Shown here piece after piece: positions 39,693 through 50,855 of a stretch of 64,000 bases of DNA. This DNA comes from Heteronotia binoei (lineage: Eukaryota). Below the pieces are notes generated by a model. It saw only the letters and a program-made list of their open reading frames with translations, ran no database searches and was not told the origin of the DNA. The stretch's first letter is position 1, and the number at the start of each line of letters is the position of its first letter. The DNA is taken from NCBI RefSeq assembly GCF_032191835.1, contig NC_083225.1:53754001-53818000 (forward strand). The letters are read 5' to 3'. A program made the position numbers and the translations under genes.

Positions 39693-39885
39693 GGAGAACC
39701 TAAAGATTTACTTGAACTTGCAGTACCTGAATCAATAAGTGGTAGTATATCAGCTGAAAGCTGGAGTATTACTGTACAAGAAGACAGAAATGACCTAAGT
39801 GAGATATCAGCATCCTCTACTCATGAATCTACATTAAACTGTAGCAGATTAAAAGAAGATGTAGGTGAAACAACAGCATTACTTG
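39693..39885 (+). CDS. RNF149: RNF149 exon 6 (Ser-rich tail)
   Basis: ttaaag|GGA GAA...; GEPKDLLELAVPESISG...EDVGETTALL; donor G|gtaggt; 193 bp, phase 0/1. Confidence 0.88.
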
Positions 39886-41328
39886 GTAGGTAACAACTAT
39901 GCTGTATGTTTAAATCTTTCACATTCTAAAAAGGGAAAATTTTGCCCACAAAATTCCAAACATACTCATCTGTTCTGAAAATGAACTTTAGTGTAGGTAG
40001 TAGATCCACTTAACAAACACAGAATCATCCCATTCTTCTTAAATAGATCATATGAGTTTCTGTGTTGTCCTTAACAGTGTTGTTTACTGAACCCAAACCT
40101 GAAGCAATAACTTGTTTTACTCACTTTGTCTGTATCTGCTCCTGTAGAATGAAAAATTCACCCATCTTTAATTATACAAACAGTACTTAATAGGGTATAT
40201 TATCCTTATAGAGAATGGGGGCTTAAACACAACTGAGGAGGAGTGAAAGGATGGAGAGGGTCTATGTGGAACTAAGAACATTAAGAAAATTCTCCTTGTA
40301 ATATTGAACAGCTTTTCCCTATTCCATTACCTGCTAGAGACTTTTGAAATAAATCATTTATCTTAAATAGGTTTCCTGTGTTATCTTGACTAGGAATGGG
40401 CATGAACCAGGAAGATAGAGGTTTGTTTCCGTTTATGAGGTTACCTGAACCACAAGCCTTCATGAGCCTCCCTTTTTACTGAACCAGTTTGTTTTGTGAG
40501 GTTTGTTACCAGTGAATGTGCTGCCCCAGCTGATCCTCTCTTACAGCTCCTCCTCTTCCATATCTGCTGGCCTTGGGAGAGCCACCACCAGCAAAAAGGA
40601 AGGAGAGAAAATCTCAGATCTCCCTCCTATTATGTTGGCCTCAGGGAGCTGCCACCAGCAGAAAGGAGGAAGATTGGCTGGCCCAAAGGAGCCAATCCTG
40701 CAGGGAGAATTCTTCCTGCAGGGTGGGCTGGACCATTAACACAATTCAAAGGAGGGAGAACAAAATAGAGGGCAGCCATTTAAACAGAAAAGCTGATGGG
40801 CAGACCCTTTCAGCTGGTAGGTTTAAATTCTTGTAAGCCATTAAACCCCCTGGTTTGCTCCCCCTGCTTTGAAGGGGGGCGTGGTAAGAGAGATTGCTGA
40901 AATGGCTTGCATCTGTTTCAGTCTGAGGTGATAGGCACACCAGCCCTGCTGTTAGGCCGAAATTGATGCAAGCCATTTTAGCGATTCCTCTTGATTCCCC
41001 CCGTCCCCAAGCTGCACAGACCTCCTGATAACCACATGGAGGGTTGTGGGAAGGGTTGTTAACAGGGATGGGCATGAACCTTGGTTTGTGAACTGCGACT
41101 CAAGACAGTTTTTGTGATGAAATTAGGGTTGTGGGGAGATTCATGGCCATTCCTAATCTTGATTTAGTCAAAAACCAAATTAGGATGATCTTGTTAATGA
41201 CAATCTTTTTGGGTCTCTCAGATCTTAAATGTTTTGATGCAATGTAAATAGAAAATGTGTTACTTATTCTTTCTACAATTTAGACATCAGAGCTAGCTAA
41301 TGTTACTACTTCCATCTTTATTTTGCAG

Positions 41329-41387
41329 AAATGGATGGCAGAGGCAATCAGCCTGAAGAATTCCTGTCCAGTGGAAACTCTCAGTGA
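41329..41387 (+). CDS. RNF149: RNF149 exon 7 coding part to stop
   Basis: ttttgcag|AA ATG...; (E)MDGRGNQPEEFLSSGNSQ*, TGA at 41385-41387; total CDS 1209 nt = 402 aa. Confidence 0.8.
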
Positions 41388-43320
41388 AAGCTTTAAACTT
41401 AAACTGAGAGCTAAAAACTAATTTATTTTTATTTAAATAGTATGGACATAATTTTTATTTCAAAAGGGCTAATACAATTAAATTTTGTATGAGAATATTT
41501 TTTAGGAAAACTCTAGTCCTATAGAAAAAGAGTTATACTGATGTTACTTTTGTCTAGAAATAAGAGTTGTTGCAATTGACAGGGACAAAACCAGCCTGGG
41601 TTTTGGCTATGGGTGTGATAGAAAAACTGGGAGGAGGGTCAGATGCCTTAGAGTTGATCTTTTCCAAGCATGTTGAAAAACAGCTTCCTTTCTTTCAATT
41701 GATTTCTGTACCATCATTCATAGGAACAGAGTATAAGGGAAAGAATAGTACTGATTCTTACAGATGCTACAAAGGAAAATTCCCTTTGATAAAGAACAAG
41801 CTTAAAATGTATCACATAACTTGTTTTTAGGCCAGAAAACTCTTACAGTGATCAAGCCTGGAAGGAATATACAGGCTAACAGACAATAGTGGGTTACTGT
41901 ATTACATGTAGCATGCATTTATCAAACCTAACAAGTTTTTAAACTTTTTTGTTTAAAAGATTACCTAGTTAATATATAATACAGACTTGGGAAACACCAT
42001 ACTATTTAAGTGGTTAGCCATATACTTGCTGAGAAACACTTGGTTGTGCTACTCAGTTAAGTTCATTGGTTGAAATTATTTCTTTTGTATTGCCTTGGGA
42101 ACATAGATCAACTCATACGTCGTGTATGAAGTTATTTAATACTCATGCAAGTTAACCTCAACCCTTACATGAGTAAAACTGAAGTAGAGCGTTCATGTTT
42201 GGAAGTTATTTATTCTATTTATAAATCCTCATTGATTCAGATATATATGCATCTTTTCCTGTTACTTCTACTTGAGCTTCCTTTGCATTTTCTGTATCTG
42301 AACTCAGTATTAGGATCCTTGTGAAGACCTCCTATACAAATATACAATTTTTTTTGTTTGAGGTAGCCATTCTATTTTTGTTCTGTTGCTAAATTAGCAG
42401 CATTGTGCCTTGTATATAATGGGAAGCATTAAACTTGAAGTCTACAAAACTAAGAAATACCAGTTACTTAATTTCCCCTCCCGATTAAGTAATGCTATAT
42501 AAGCTCAGAGGAAAACAGCAGTTGTGTGTGTAGATAAAAATGCTGAAAACACATTCAGAATTTTAGTATTACCATTAATGAATGTATGTTGTAAAGTTTA
42601 TACCTTGCTTTAAACTGCCCAAAGTAGACATTCAGTTAAGGTGCTTACTGGATATGTATTTTAAAATGGGTATTTTCTAAAGCTTTAATATTTAATGTTA
42701 TGATGTTCCAAGAAGAAAAGTATTTCAAATGTGGGAGAGAAGAGAAGTTTGTTTTTAAGCCTCCGGGACAAGGGAGTTGCTGTAAACATGCATGTCCAAA
42801 ACTCCCTGAACAGCTTGCCACCACTTCTTGCGGGAGAGCAACTCTGCCACATGCTGACTGTTGAATTCACTTTTTACATGACCTGTATCCTGCTGTGAGC
42901 ATTTATTGGAATGGACTGCTATCAATGTCAGTATTGATGGTTGCTTTCAGAAAGGAACTACCTTCAAGCTGTTCAGTAATTTCTCAGCACAAAGCATTAA
43001 CTACCATTTTTAAAAAGATTACAACTTCAGTTTAACATACAGGAGCTGAAAGGAAGCTGATGCACTGGAAGCCTCAGTATTTACAATTCAGAGCTGCTGT
43101 TGGGAAATACAGTGCAGTGAGTATGAATTTATTTTTCATATAAGTGGTATTGGTACTTTATATGCTTAAAGTACACTTTTCCCATTTTAGAAATCCTGTA
43201 ACAACCACATGTAAAATCTGGTATCACTTGTTTTATCTAATAAACTCTCATATGGAGAAGATTCTGATTATTGGCTGTAATTGTCGGTGTAGACATACAT
43301 TTCTGTGTAGCTTGAGCATT

Positions 43321-43429
43321 GCTGAGGAGTGATGACAGTGAAAGGCCGAATTGCAGTGCCTGCAAACAGTTTTCTCTCTAAAGGCATGATGACAAATCTC
43401 CTGAAGCGACTATTTTGTCTGACCTCAGC
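43321..43429 (+). ncRNA. SNORD89: C/D box snoRNA SNORD89
   Basis: 10-bp terminal stem ATTGCTGAGG/CCTCAGCAAT (43318-43327 / 43423-43432); C box GTGATGA 43329-43335; internal ATGATGA 43386-43392; D box CTGA 43419-43422; closely resembles recalled human SNORD89 (CTGAGGAATGATGAC..AAAGGCCGAATTGCAGTG..CTGAAGCG..TCTGACCTCAG); syntenic between RNF149 and CNOT11. Confidence 0.92.
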
Positions 43430-43887
43430 AATACTGCATGAAGTTAAAAAAATAATCTCCTCCCTTGGCTGCTAAATAAATCACAATTGGCCACATAAAC
43501 TTGATATTTTGGTAACATGGACCATAGTTTTGACAATGCAATTGAATGACTCAACTAGTTTTCTCCTATGAACTAGCTCTGTTAGGTCAATTCACATATG
43601 ATAGTTCCAGCTTTCTACTTCTTTAAATGTCATTCTTTTAACATAGTACGTTCTTTTTTAAAATGACTGTAAAAATAATATTCTTTTCTCTGTATAGTTT
43701 TAAAGCAGTTGAGCCAGAATCTTCAAACCTTTACTCTGTATAGATTCCTAGAGGTTTAAAGCACACTAAATAACAAAGCATACATGACTATTTCTTTTCT
43801 CACACAGGTGTTCTGGAACTCATTCAGGCAAGCCCAGTTGAAATATTCAGACTGATCTGTAAATCAGAATTACTGAAGTGTTATGCC

Positions 43888-43893
43888 AATAAA
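43888..43893 (+). terminator. Candidate RNF149 distal poly(A) signal
   Basis: AATAAA followed by GT-rich sequence, downstream of SNORD89 and of a candidate acceptor at 43807. Confidence 0.5.
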
Positions 43894-44794
43894 GGTTCTG
43901 TGACTGTGAATTACTGAAGTTGTATGCATACGTGCTGGATAGAAAAAAAAAATGTTCATGGATCCAAGTCAAAGTTAAAAATAATTTTGTGTAAGGCCAA
44001 GATCACTTTTCTTCCTGGTGTTATATTCTGTGTAAAATTTTATGATACTGCTGCATACTGTTACTATCTTCAGGAAGTATTTTCTCTTTTGAAGCACCTG
44101 AGACTCCTGTGGTCTCCCAGCCACACATAAGTGTAGCAATAGTAGAAATACAGCTTAATAAGCACAGCTCACTTACTGAGCTACAGAAAGTATTCCTTTA
44201 ATTGGTTTTGGTTCTTTTTAAAAATGCCTAGCCTAATGCAGAAAATCAAAATTACTACTTTAAATTAGTCATTTAATGAACAGAGCTTGTACCATGTGAC
44301 TGTCCACCTTTGTAAGATATGATCTAGTTTCTTTAATGCATTGTACAAAGCAATCAACTTAATGTTTGGAAGCAAGGCATTTCTCTAAAAAATCCTTTTA
44401 TCAGGACAAAATTAAGGTCCATTTTGCACTTTTACAGGGTATGTTGATGTTTTATGTTGAAGTCCAGAAATTAAAAATTTGATGTTATGACATGTCTCAC
44501 AAGTAAGCTACAGGGGCTGTTACTGAAGTATCTGCACTAAGTTGTATATTTAAACAAATTATAAAAACTTTTGTAAAAGTTGGTGTTCGTCTGTTGTATA
44601 AAAGCTGTTTATTTATGGCCTGTCAGCATAACTATGTAGGTTTATTCAATTGAAATGACAAATTGTATCCTGAAAATGGGAAAAGAGGGAGAAGAGTCTC
44701 CTTATGCCCACTTAGGGTGGCCATAATGTCTGAAGGCCAGCCAGGGACACCTTGGGGGGGGGGAAGGCAGGAGTGCGCGCGAAGCGCGCGCGCC

Positions 44795-45080
44795 GCCGGA
44801 AACAGGAAGTGACGTCACTTCCGGCGACGTCATACCACCGCCGGAAACAGGAAGTGACATCACTTCCTGTGACATCATTTCCCCCGCGCCACCTGCCGGA
44901 AACGGGAAGTGACATCACTTCCTGTGACATCATTCCCCCCGCGCCACCTGCCGGAAGCAGGAAGTGACATCACTTCCTGTGACATCATTTCCCCCAAATG
45001 CCACTGCCGGAAACAGGAAGTGACTTCACAGCACTTCCTGTGACGTCCCCAAAAATCCCCCAAATATCACCGCCGGAAAC
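44795..45080. repeat. Tandem array of 45-66 bp units rich in GGAAGTGAC(G/A)TCACTTCC
   Basis: Units begin GCCGGAA at 44795, 44840, 44895, 44950 and 45006; a truncated sixth starts at 45072. Confidence 0.9.
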
Positions 45081-45974
45081 AATTTTGTTCTCAAATCCTG
45101 TATATACTTCATCAGTATATGGGATAAGGCACTTTCTCAACTGTGCTGCATAATGCAGCCTATTTATTTTGTCCTGTTGGCTCTGTTGGCTCTATCTGCG
45201 CCACCTTCATCACTTTCGGGGTGTGGATCCCCCAGTGGGGTGGGCTCCCGACTCCCTCCGCCGGCTGTTTCTGATAGCCCTGCGCCCCCTCTTTCATTTG
45301 ATATGTGTCCCGTGCGGGTGCCACCCTCCTGCCGGGAGATGCCGCAAAATGAGCCCCCTTGAGGCTTATGGCGGCAGGGCTCGGGGGAAGCAAGCTAGAC
45401 TGCTGTTCTTTTGAGGGGTTATAGAGTGTTTCGAGCCCCTCCCTGTGGCATTGGTCCCATCGTCGTGGGACCCAGGGGGCCGGCGCAGCAGCCTGCCGAA
45501 GCAGCCTGTCACTAATAACACAGGTCGAGATGCGGAAGTGACTGACAGGCTGCTTCAGCGGGCCGCTGCGCCGGCCCCCTGGGTCCCACAACGATGGGAC
45601 CGATGCCACAGGGAGGGGCTCGAAACACTCTATAACCCCTCAAAAGAACAGCAGTCTAGCTTGCTTCCCCCGAGCCCTGCCGCCATAAGCCTCAAGGGGG
45701 CTCATTTTGCGGCATCTCCCGGCAGGAGGGTGGCACCCGCACGGGACACATATCAAATGAAAGAGGGGGCGCAGGGCTATCAGAAACAGCCGGCAGAGGG
45801 AGTCGGGAGCCCACCCCACTGGGGGATCCACACCCCGAAAGTGATGAAGGTGGCGCAGATAGAGCCAACAGAGCCAACAGGACAAAATAAATAGGCTGCA
45901 TTATGCAGCACAGTTGAGAAAGTGCCTTATCCCATATACTGATGAAGTAAATACAGGATCTGAGAACAAAATTG
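45080..45974. repeat. Long inverted repeat: 432-bp arms, 31-nt spacer
   Basis: 45080-45511 pairs with 45543-45974 without indels; 8 mismatches by manual comparison. Confidence 0.95.
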
Positions 45975-45984
45975 CACCAGAAGA

Positions 45985-46115
45985 CACAAACACAAAGCTC
46001 CCTTACACTGAATCAGTGCTTGGGTCCACCAAAGTCAGTATTGTCCACTCCAGTCACAAACACAAAGCTCCCTTACACTGAATCAGTGCTTGGGTCCACC
46101 AAAGTCAGTATTGTC
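45985..46115. repeat. Two 61-bp direct repeats (period 70) resembling the SINE/CR1 tail, followed by further tail-like fragments up to the gap
   Basis: CACAAACACAAAGCTCCCTTACACTGAATCAGTGCTTGGGTCCACCAAAGTCAGTATTGTC at 45985 and 46055. Confidence 0.85.
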
Positions 46116-46228
46116 ACATAAGAACATAACAGAAGCCCTGTTGGATCAGGCCAGTGGCCCATCCAGTCCAAAACTCTGTGTCACATAAGAGAAGCCCTGT
46201 TGCATCAGTCCAACACTCTGCGCCACAT

Positions 46229-46428
46229 NNNNNNNNNNNNNNNNNNNNNNNNNNNNNNNNNNNNNNNNNNNNNNNNNNNNNNNNNNNNNNNNNNNNNNNN
46301 NNNNNNNNNNNNNNNNNNNNNNNNNNNNNNNNNNNNNNNNNNNNNNNNNNNNNNNNNNNNNNNNNNNNNNNNNNNNNNNNNNNNNNNNNNNNNNNNNNNN
46401 NNNNNNNNNNNNNNNNNNNNNNNNNNNN
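46229..46428. other. Assembly gap (200 N)
   Basis: Run of exactly 200 N; true size unknown. Confidence 0.99.
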
Positions 46429-46529
46429 CCCCCCGCTTTCGGCCCCCTTACCTGCGGTGGCGGGCGGCGGCGAGTCGGGCGGCGGCGGCGGGTCGGGCGG
46501 CGGCGAGGCCAGGGAGGCGTCGGAGAGGC

Positions 46530-47130
46530 CTTCCTTGGCCGGCGCTGGCCCGGGAAGGCCTTCCAGAGGCTCTGGAAGGCCTTCCCGGACCAGCGCCGGG
46601 TGCTCCGCGGCCTCCGCTGGTCGCTGGGGGCCTTCCAGACACTCTGGAAGGCCCCCAGCGACCAGCGGAGGCCGCGGGGAGGCCTTCGCTGGCCGGCGCT
46701 GGCCCGGGAAGGCCTTCCAGAGGCTCTGGAAGGCCTTCCCGGACCAGCGCCGGGTGCTCCGCGGCCTCCCCGCGGCCTCCGCTGGTCGCCTTCCAGAGTG
46801 TCTGGAAGGCCCCCAGCGACCAGCGGAGGCCGCGGGGAGGCCTTCGCTGGCCCGGGAAGGCCTTCCCGGACCAGCGCCGGGTGCTCCGCGGCCTCCGCTG
46901 GTCGCTGGGGGCCTTCCAGACACTCTGGAAGGCCCCCAGCGACCAGCGGAGGCCGCGGGGAGGCCTTCGCTGGCCGGCGCTGGCCCGGGAAGGCCTTCCA
47001 GAGGCTCTGGAAGGCCTTCCCGGACCAGCGCCGGGTGCTCCGCGGCCTCCCCGCGGCCTCCGCTGGTCGCTGGGGGCCTTCCAGACACTCTGGAAGGCCC
47101 CCAGCGACCAGCGGAGGCCGCGGAGAGGCC
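46530..47130. repeat. GC-rich minisatellite (~154-bp unit, 4 copies) built from nested palindromes
   Basis: Hairpin with 35-bp arms and 3-nt loop (e.g. 46605-46677) alternating with a ~30-bp-arm hairpin centred on TTCCAGAG-G-CTCTGGAA. Confidence 0.9.
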
Positions 47131-47487
47131 TCCCCCACCGCTGCCGGCCCCGCGCGCGGGCAAGGCGGGGAGTGAGGGAGGGAGCGTCCCTGCGCAGGTG
47201 CAGGGACGCTCCCTCCCTCACTCCCCGCCTTCCCCGCCGGCGCCCGCGGCCCACCGGCTCCGGGGCTGGCTAAACCGGGACCTTTAATGGTCCCGGTATA
47301 GGCAGCCCGGGAGCCGGGATTGGGTGGCCAGAACCGGGAATGTCCCGGGAGACCGGGACGGTCTGGCCACCCTATGCCCACTGGATCATAGGACTCACTT
47401 TGGTAAAAGCCAGAGAGGTCAGGGAAAAAAAGGAATTAAGAATCTATTATTCAGTCTCTCCCAAGTGTTTTCTAGAGTTTGATTTCC

Positions 47488-47493
47488 TTTAAT
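47488..47493 (-). terminator. Candidate CNOT11 poly(A) signal (ATTAAA)
   Basis: TTTAAT on + about 950 nt past the CNOT11 stop; no minus-strand AATAAA seen between 47400 and the stop. Confidence 0.4.
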
Positions 47494-48439
47494 TGCTTGT
47501 TATTTTTCCTAATTCTTGAAACGTTAGGCCAAAATCAATCACTCCCAAGCACTGTTAATATGTCTGAAGTTGCATTATCTTTGAATTTCTCACGGCAACA
47601 CTTACAGTCTAAAAGTTATGCTGTATTTATAGATATCACAACTGGATTTTTTTCTCCGCTATGACTATATATAGAAAGATATATTAAGTCAGCTTGATCA
47701 TAAAAACTCCTTAGCTGTTCATATTGTTATGCAATCATGTATAGGTTCATATCCACAATTACAATGAAGCATGTAAACAGAAATGTATATAACTCCTTTT
47801 ACAAAGGCAAAACCTCTCATTTTTATATTCCCAGGGTTGGGGTGAATGCACCAAAGGCTAGAAGAAGGGGGCTGACTTCAAACCACTAGTCAGCCCAGCT
47901 TTCCAACTACTACCTGATCTCTCCTTTGGAGACTATCTGTAGAAGATTTGTATTAGAACTGTTCATTTTACAGAATTACAAAAAATACATTTAAAAAATA
48001 GTTGAGCCATAGTCTGCTATACTATATTCAGAAGATTTTACATTAGAATACTCTGGGGAAAGTGCCTCAACACTGTTTCAGAGAAACTGTTCAGGAACAT
48101 TTGGCAGTTTCAGCTTTTACATGTAAATTAAAAGGATTAATAGTAGAAAGCCTGTACCTTAAATACTACATGGGCTTGAATTTCAGATATAAGAAATATT
48201 TCCAAAAGTAGCAACTTCTCCCCACGTTTGTAGTCCCATAAGCAAGTATCCCCGCAGAAGTTCCAATACAAACTAACAACCAAAGGCAATGTCAAACAGA
48301 AGCTTATAGTACAGTGCCAGACTCAGACTCCTTTAACACCAGAAAAAGTATTTAATACAGCACAAATAGCATCTTAATTGCAAGCAATAATGCAATCAAC
48401 TATACAAGTCAAACAGTCCAAAGTACAGTCTTTCAAGTC

Positions 48440-48709
<270 letters not shown>

Positions 48710-49062
48710 TTAAATTTGATTTTATTAGCTAAGCACTATATTTACTTCATACAATTCAGTAAATCTTGCAGCAATTCTACATTTTAATCCAGCAACAAAT
48801 GGATACTTTACTACCATATATTCTGTAGTTGCTGGTATACCTATTTCGCTCTTCTAGCTGAAACAGAACAACCTTCAATAGAATGTAGTGTGTTTTGTGC
48901 CATCAAGTGGCTTCCAACTTTATGGCTACCCTATCATTAACACCCTTGACCAGGCTAATTTAACAGAACAGGTTTAAAGATGCCCCACCCTCAAATTCAG
49001 ACTCCTAGAAGCAAAAATTGTACATCTTCAAACCCCAGATGACGTTTCCTTCTGTACTACGG

Positions 49063-49661
49063 CAGGGCTGTCAAACATGTGGCCCAGGGGCCAAATCAGG
49101 CCCCTGGAGGTCTCCTATCAGGCCCCTGAGCAACTGGCTGTCATCTGCTTCCTTCTTCCTCTCTCTTAGCTTCCTTCTGCGTAACAGCTTGCTTTGCAAG
49201 GCTTGCTCAACTGCACAGGAGCTGCAGAGCAAAACCTATTTGCTCCATTGGTTGAGGCTCCTCCCTTGGGGAGGAAGGAGGGAAGTGAGAGCTTGCTTTG
49301 CCAGGCTATCTCAATTAAGTAGAGCTACTGAGCCAAGCCTCTCTTCCTTCTACTGGCTGGGGCTCCTCCTCCAGGTCCCCTGGGGAAGGAAGGAAAGAGC
49401 CAGAGCTTCCTTTGCCCAGTTCCCTGGATCCCATGGGAGAAATACAAAAGTGCTTTAAGATCAATGAGTGCTAATGTTTTGAGTATGGTTTATTTATTTA
49501 TTTTTTTAAAAAAAATCTTTGTGTTTGTGTACTTTATAAAATTTGTATCTCTGCTATCTAATTTTAGATAGGTACACACATGGCCCGACCTGACACGGCC
49601 TAGCCCGATGTCTCATTTATGTCAGATGCGGCCCTCGTAACAAATGAGTTTGACACCCCTG
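49063..49661. mobile_element. Non-autonomous hAT (CAGGGGTGTCAAAC family) in CNOT11 intron 6
   Basis: TIRs CAGGGCTGTCAAAC / GTTTGACACCCCTG; reverse orientation to the 16973 copy; degenerate TSD TACTACGG/ATCTATGG. Confidence 0.88.
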
Positions 49662-49733
49662 ATCTATGGCCTAGTTTTTCTTCAGTAGCTGGGATGCAAT
49701 GATTTCTCTTTTTAGTAAACTCACGAACATTAC

Positions 49734-49830
49734 CTGCATGTACTTGTCCTTAATCTGCTCACAAGTAGAAATACAATTGGAAATATAAAGGTGAATAAAT
49801 TCTGGAGGAAGATCAACTGCTGTTGTAAGC
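49734..49830 (-). CDS. CNOT11: CNOT11 exon 6
   Basis: caacag|G CTT...; [32 protein letters not shown]; donor CAG|gtaatg; 97 bp. Confidence 0.96.
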
Positions 49831-50419
49831 CTGTTGAATATATAGTAGTTTATTATCCTTGGCAATCATTGAATTCACCCCAAATCTGAACAAATCATCC
49901 CAGTCCTGTCCATGGGCAAAGCCAAAATCCTGGGCATATTGGTTGGAATTAACATCCTTTCACAAGTACACATAAACAGACAGCTCAACAATTAGCCTTC
50001 CATGTGTGGAATGCAAAAATAAAAAATACAGCAGAATGCAAGTGAAAAAGGAATAACTCTAAATTTCTGTTCTGTGTAGATGCTTTATCTCTGCTACCCA
50101 TGTGGAAGGGTTTTCCACACTGCACTGTTGTTCACAAGTGCAATAATTCACTTATATGGGAGAAAGCAAAGAGGACCAAAGCTACCTTTTGTGACCCCAG
50201 TCCCTGTTACTGAAAGTAGGTTTTGCCTCTCTAGATCATATCTCAGGTTGCAGCCTGCTTTGTCCTGTAGTTCTATGAGGCAGTCTATTTCCATCTGCAT
50301 ATATATTCACCCCAGGTTTTATTTCTTGGAATGACAGATGTGATAGAATCCTAGAAATTGGCTTTCTATATATTAAAATTAAGCTCTTTTTAAAATTGTT
50401 TCAAGTAGACAAGTACTTA

Positions 50420-50647
<228 letters not shown>

Positions 50648-50855
50648 TTATGAATTAAAAGGTACACACATACACCGCTCTTAAGTGTCATTCTGTCTTA
50701 ATCACTCCAAAAAACACTGATTCTATAACATTCCACATGTAGCCTGCAAAAGCACTATGTACCTTCTCTGCTAGAATCAGGAGACTGGTAGCTGAGATAC
50801 TTATGCTGTCCTTCCCTTGTCATGCCTACCTGGCATGCATGCAAGGCCTTGTTTA

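Larger units (their letters stand above)
44713..47374. mobile_element. Non-autonomous hAT-type (Tip100-like TIR) composite element spanning an assembly gap
   Basis: TIR TAGGGTGGCCA (44713) / TGGCCACCCTA (ends 47374); perfect 8-bp TSD TGCCCACT at 44705-44712 and 47375-47382; CCGGGA repeats near the right end; no transposase in the sequenced part. Confidence 0.85.

Noticed and set aside
44795-45080. Regular repeats as a CRISPR-like array
   Set aside because: Vertebrate context, no unique spacers and no cas genes; it is a tandem minisatellite.
45153-45901. Mirror-image 149/81/69-aa ORF pairs
   Set aside because: A simple consequence of the palindrome; the 149-aa pair has no ATG start and there is no recognisable domain.
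45080-45974. Palindrome as a fold-back sequencing artefact near a contig end
   Set aside because: Eight mismatches, six of them CpG-type transitions, a distinct spacer and different flanks fit a real, aged repeat. Read-level confirmation is still needed.
46114-47381. Long ORFs (268-411 aa) on both strands
   Set aside because: They run through the N gap and a very GC-rich palindromic repeat that lacks stop codons by composition; products are low-complexity repeats.
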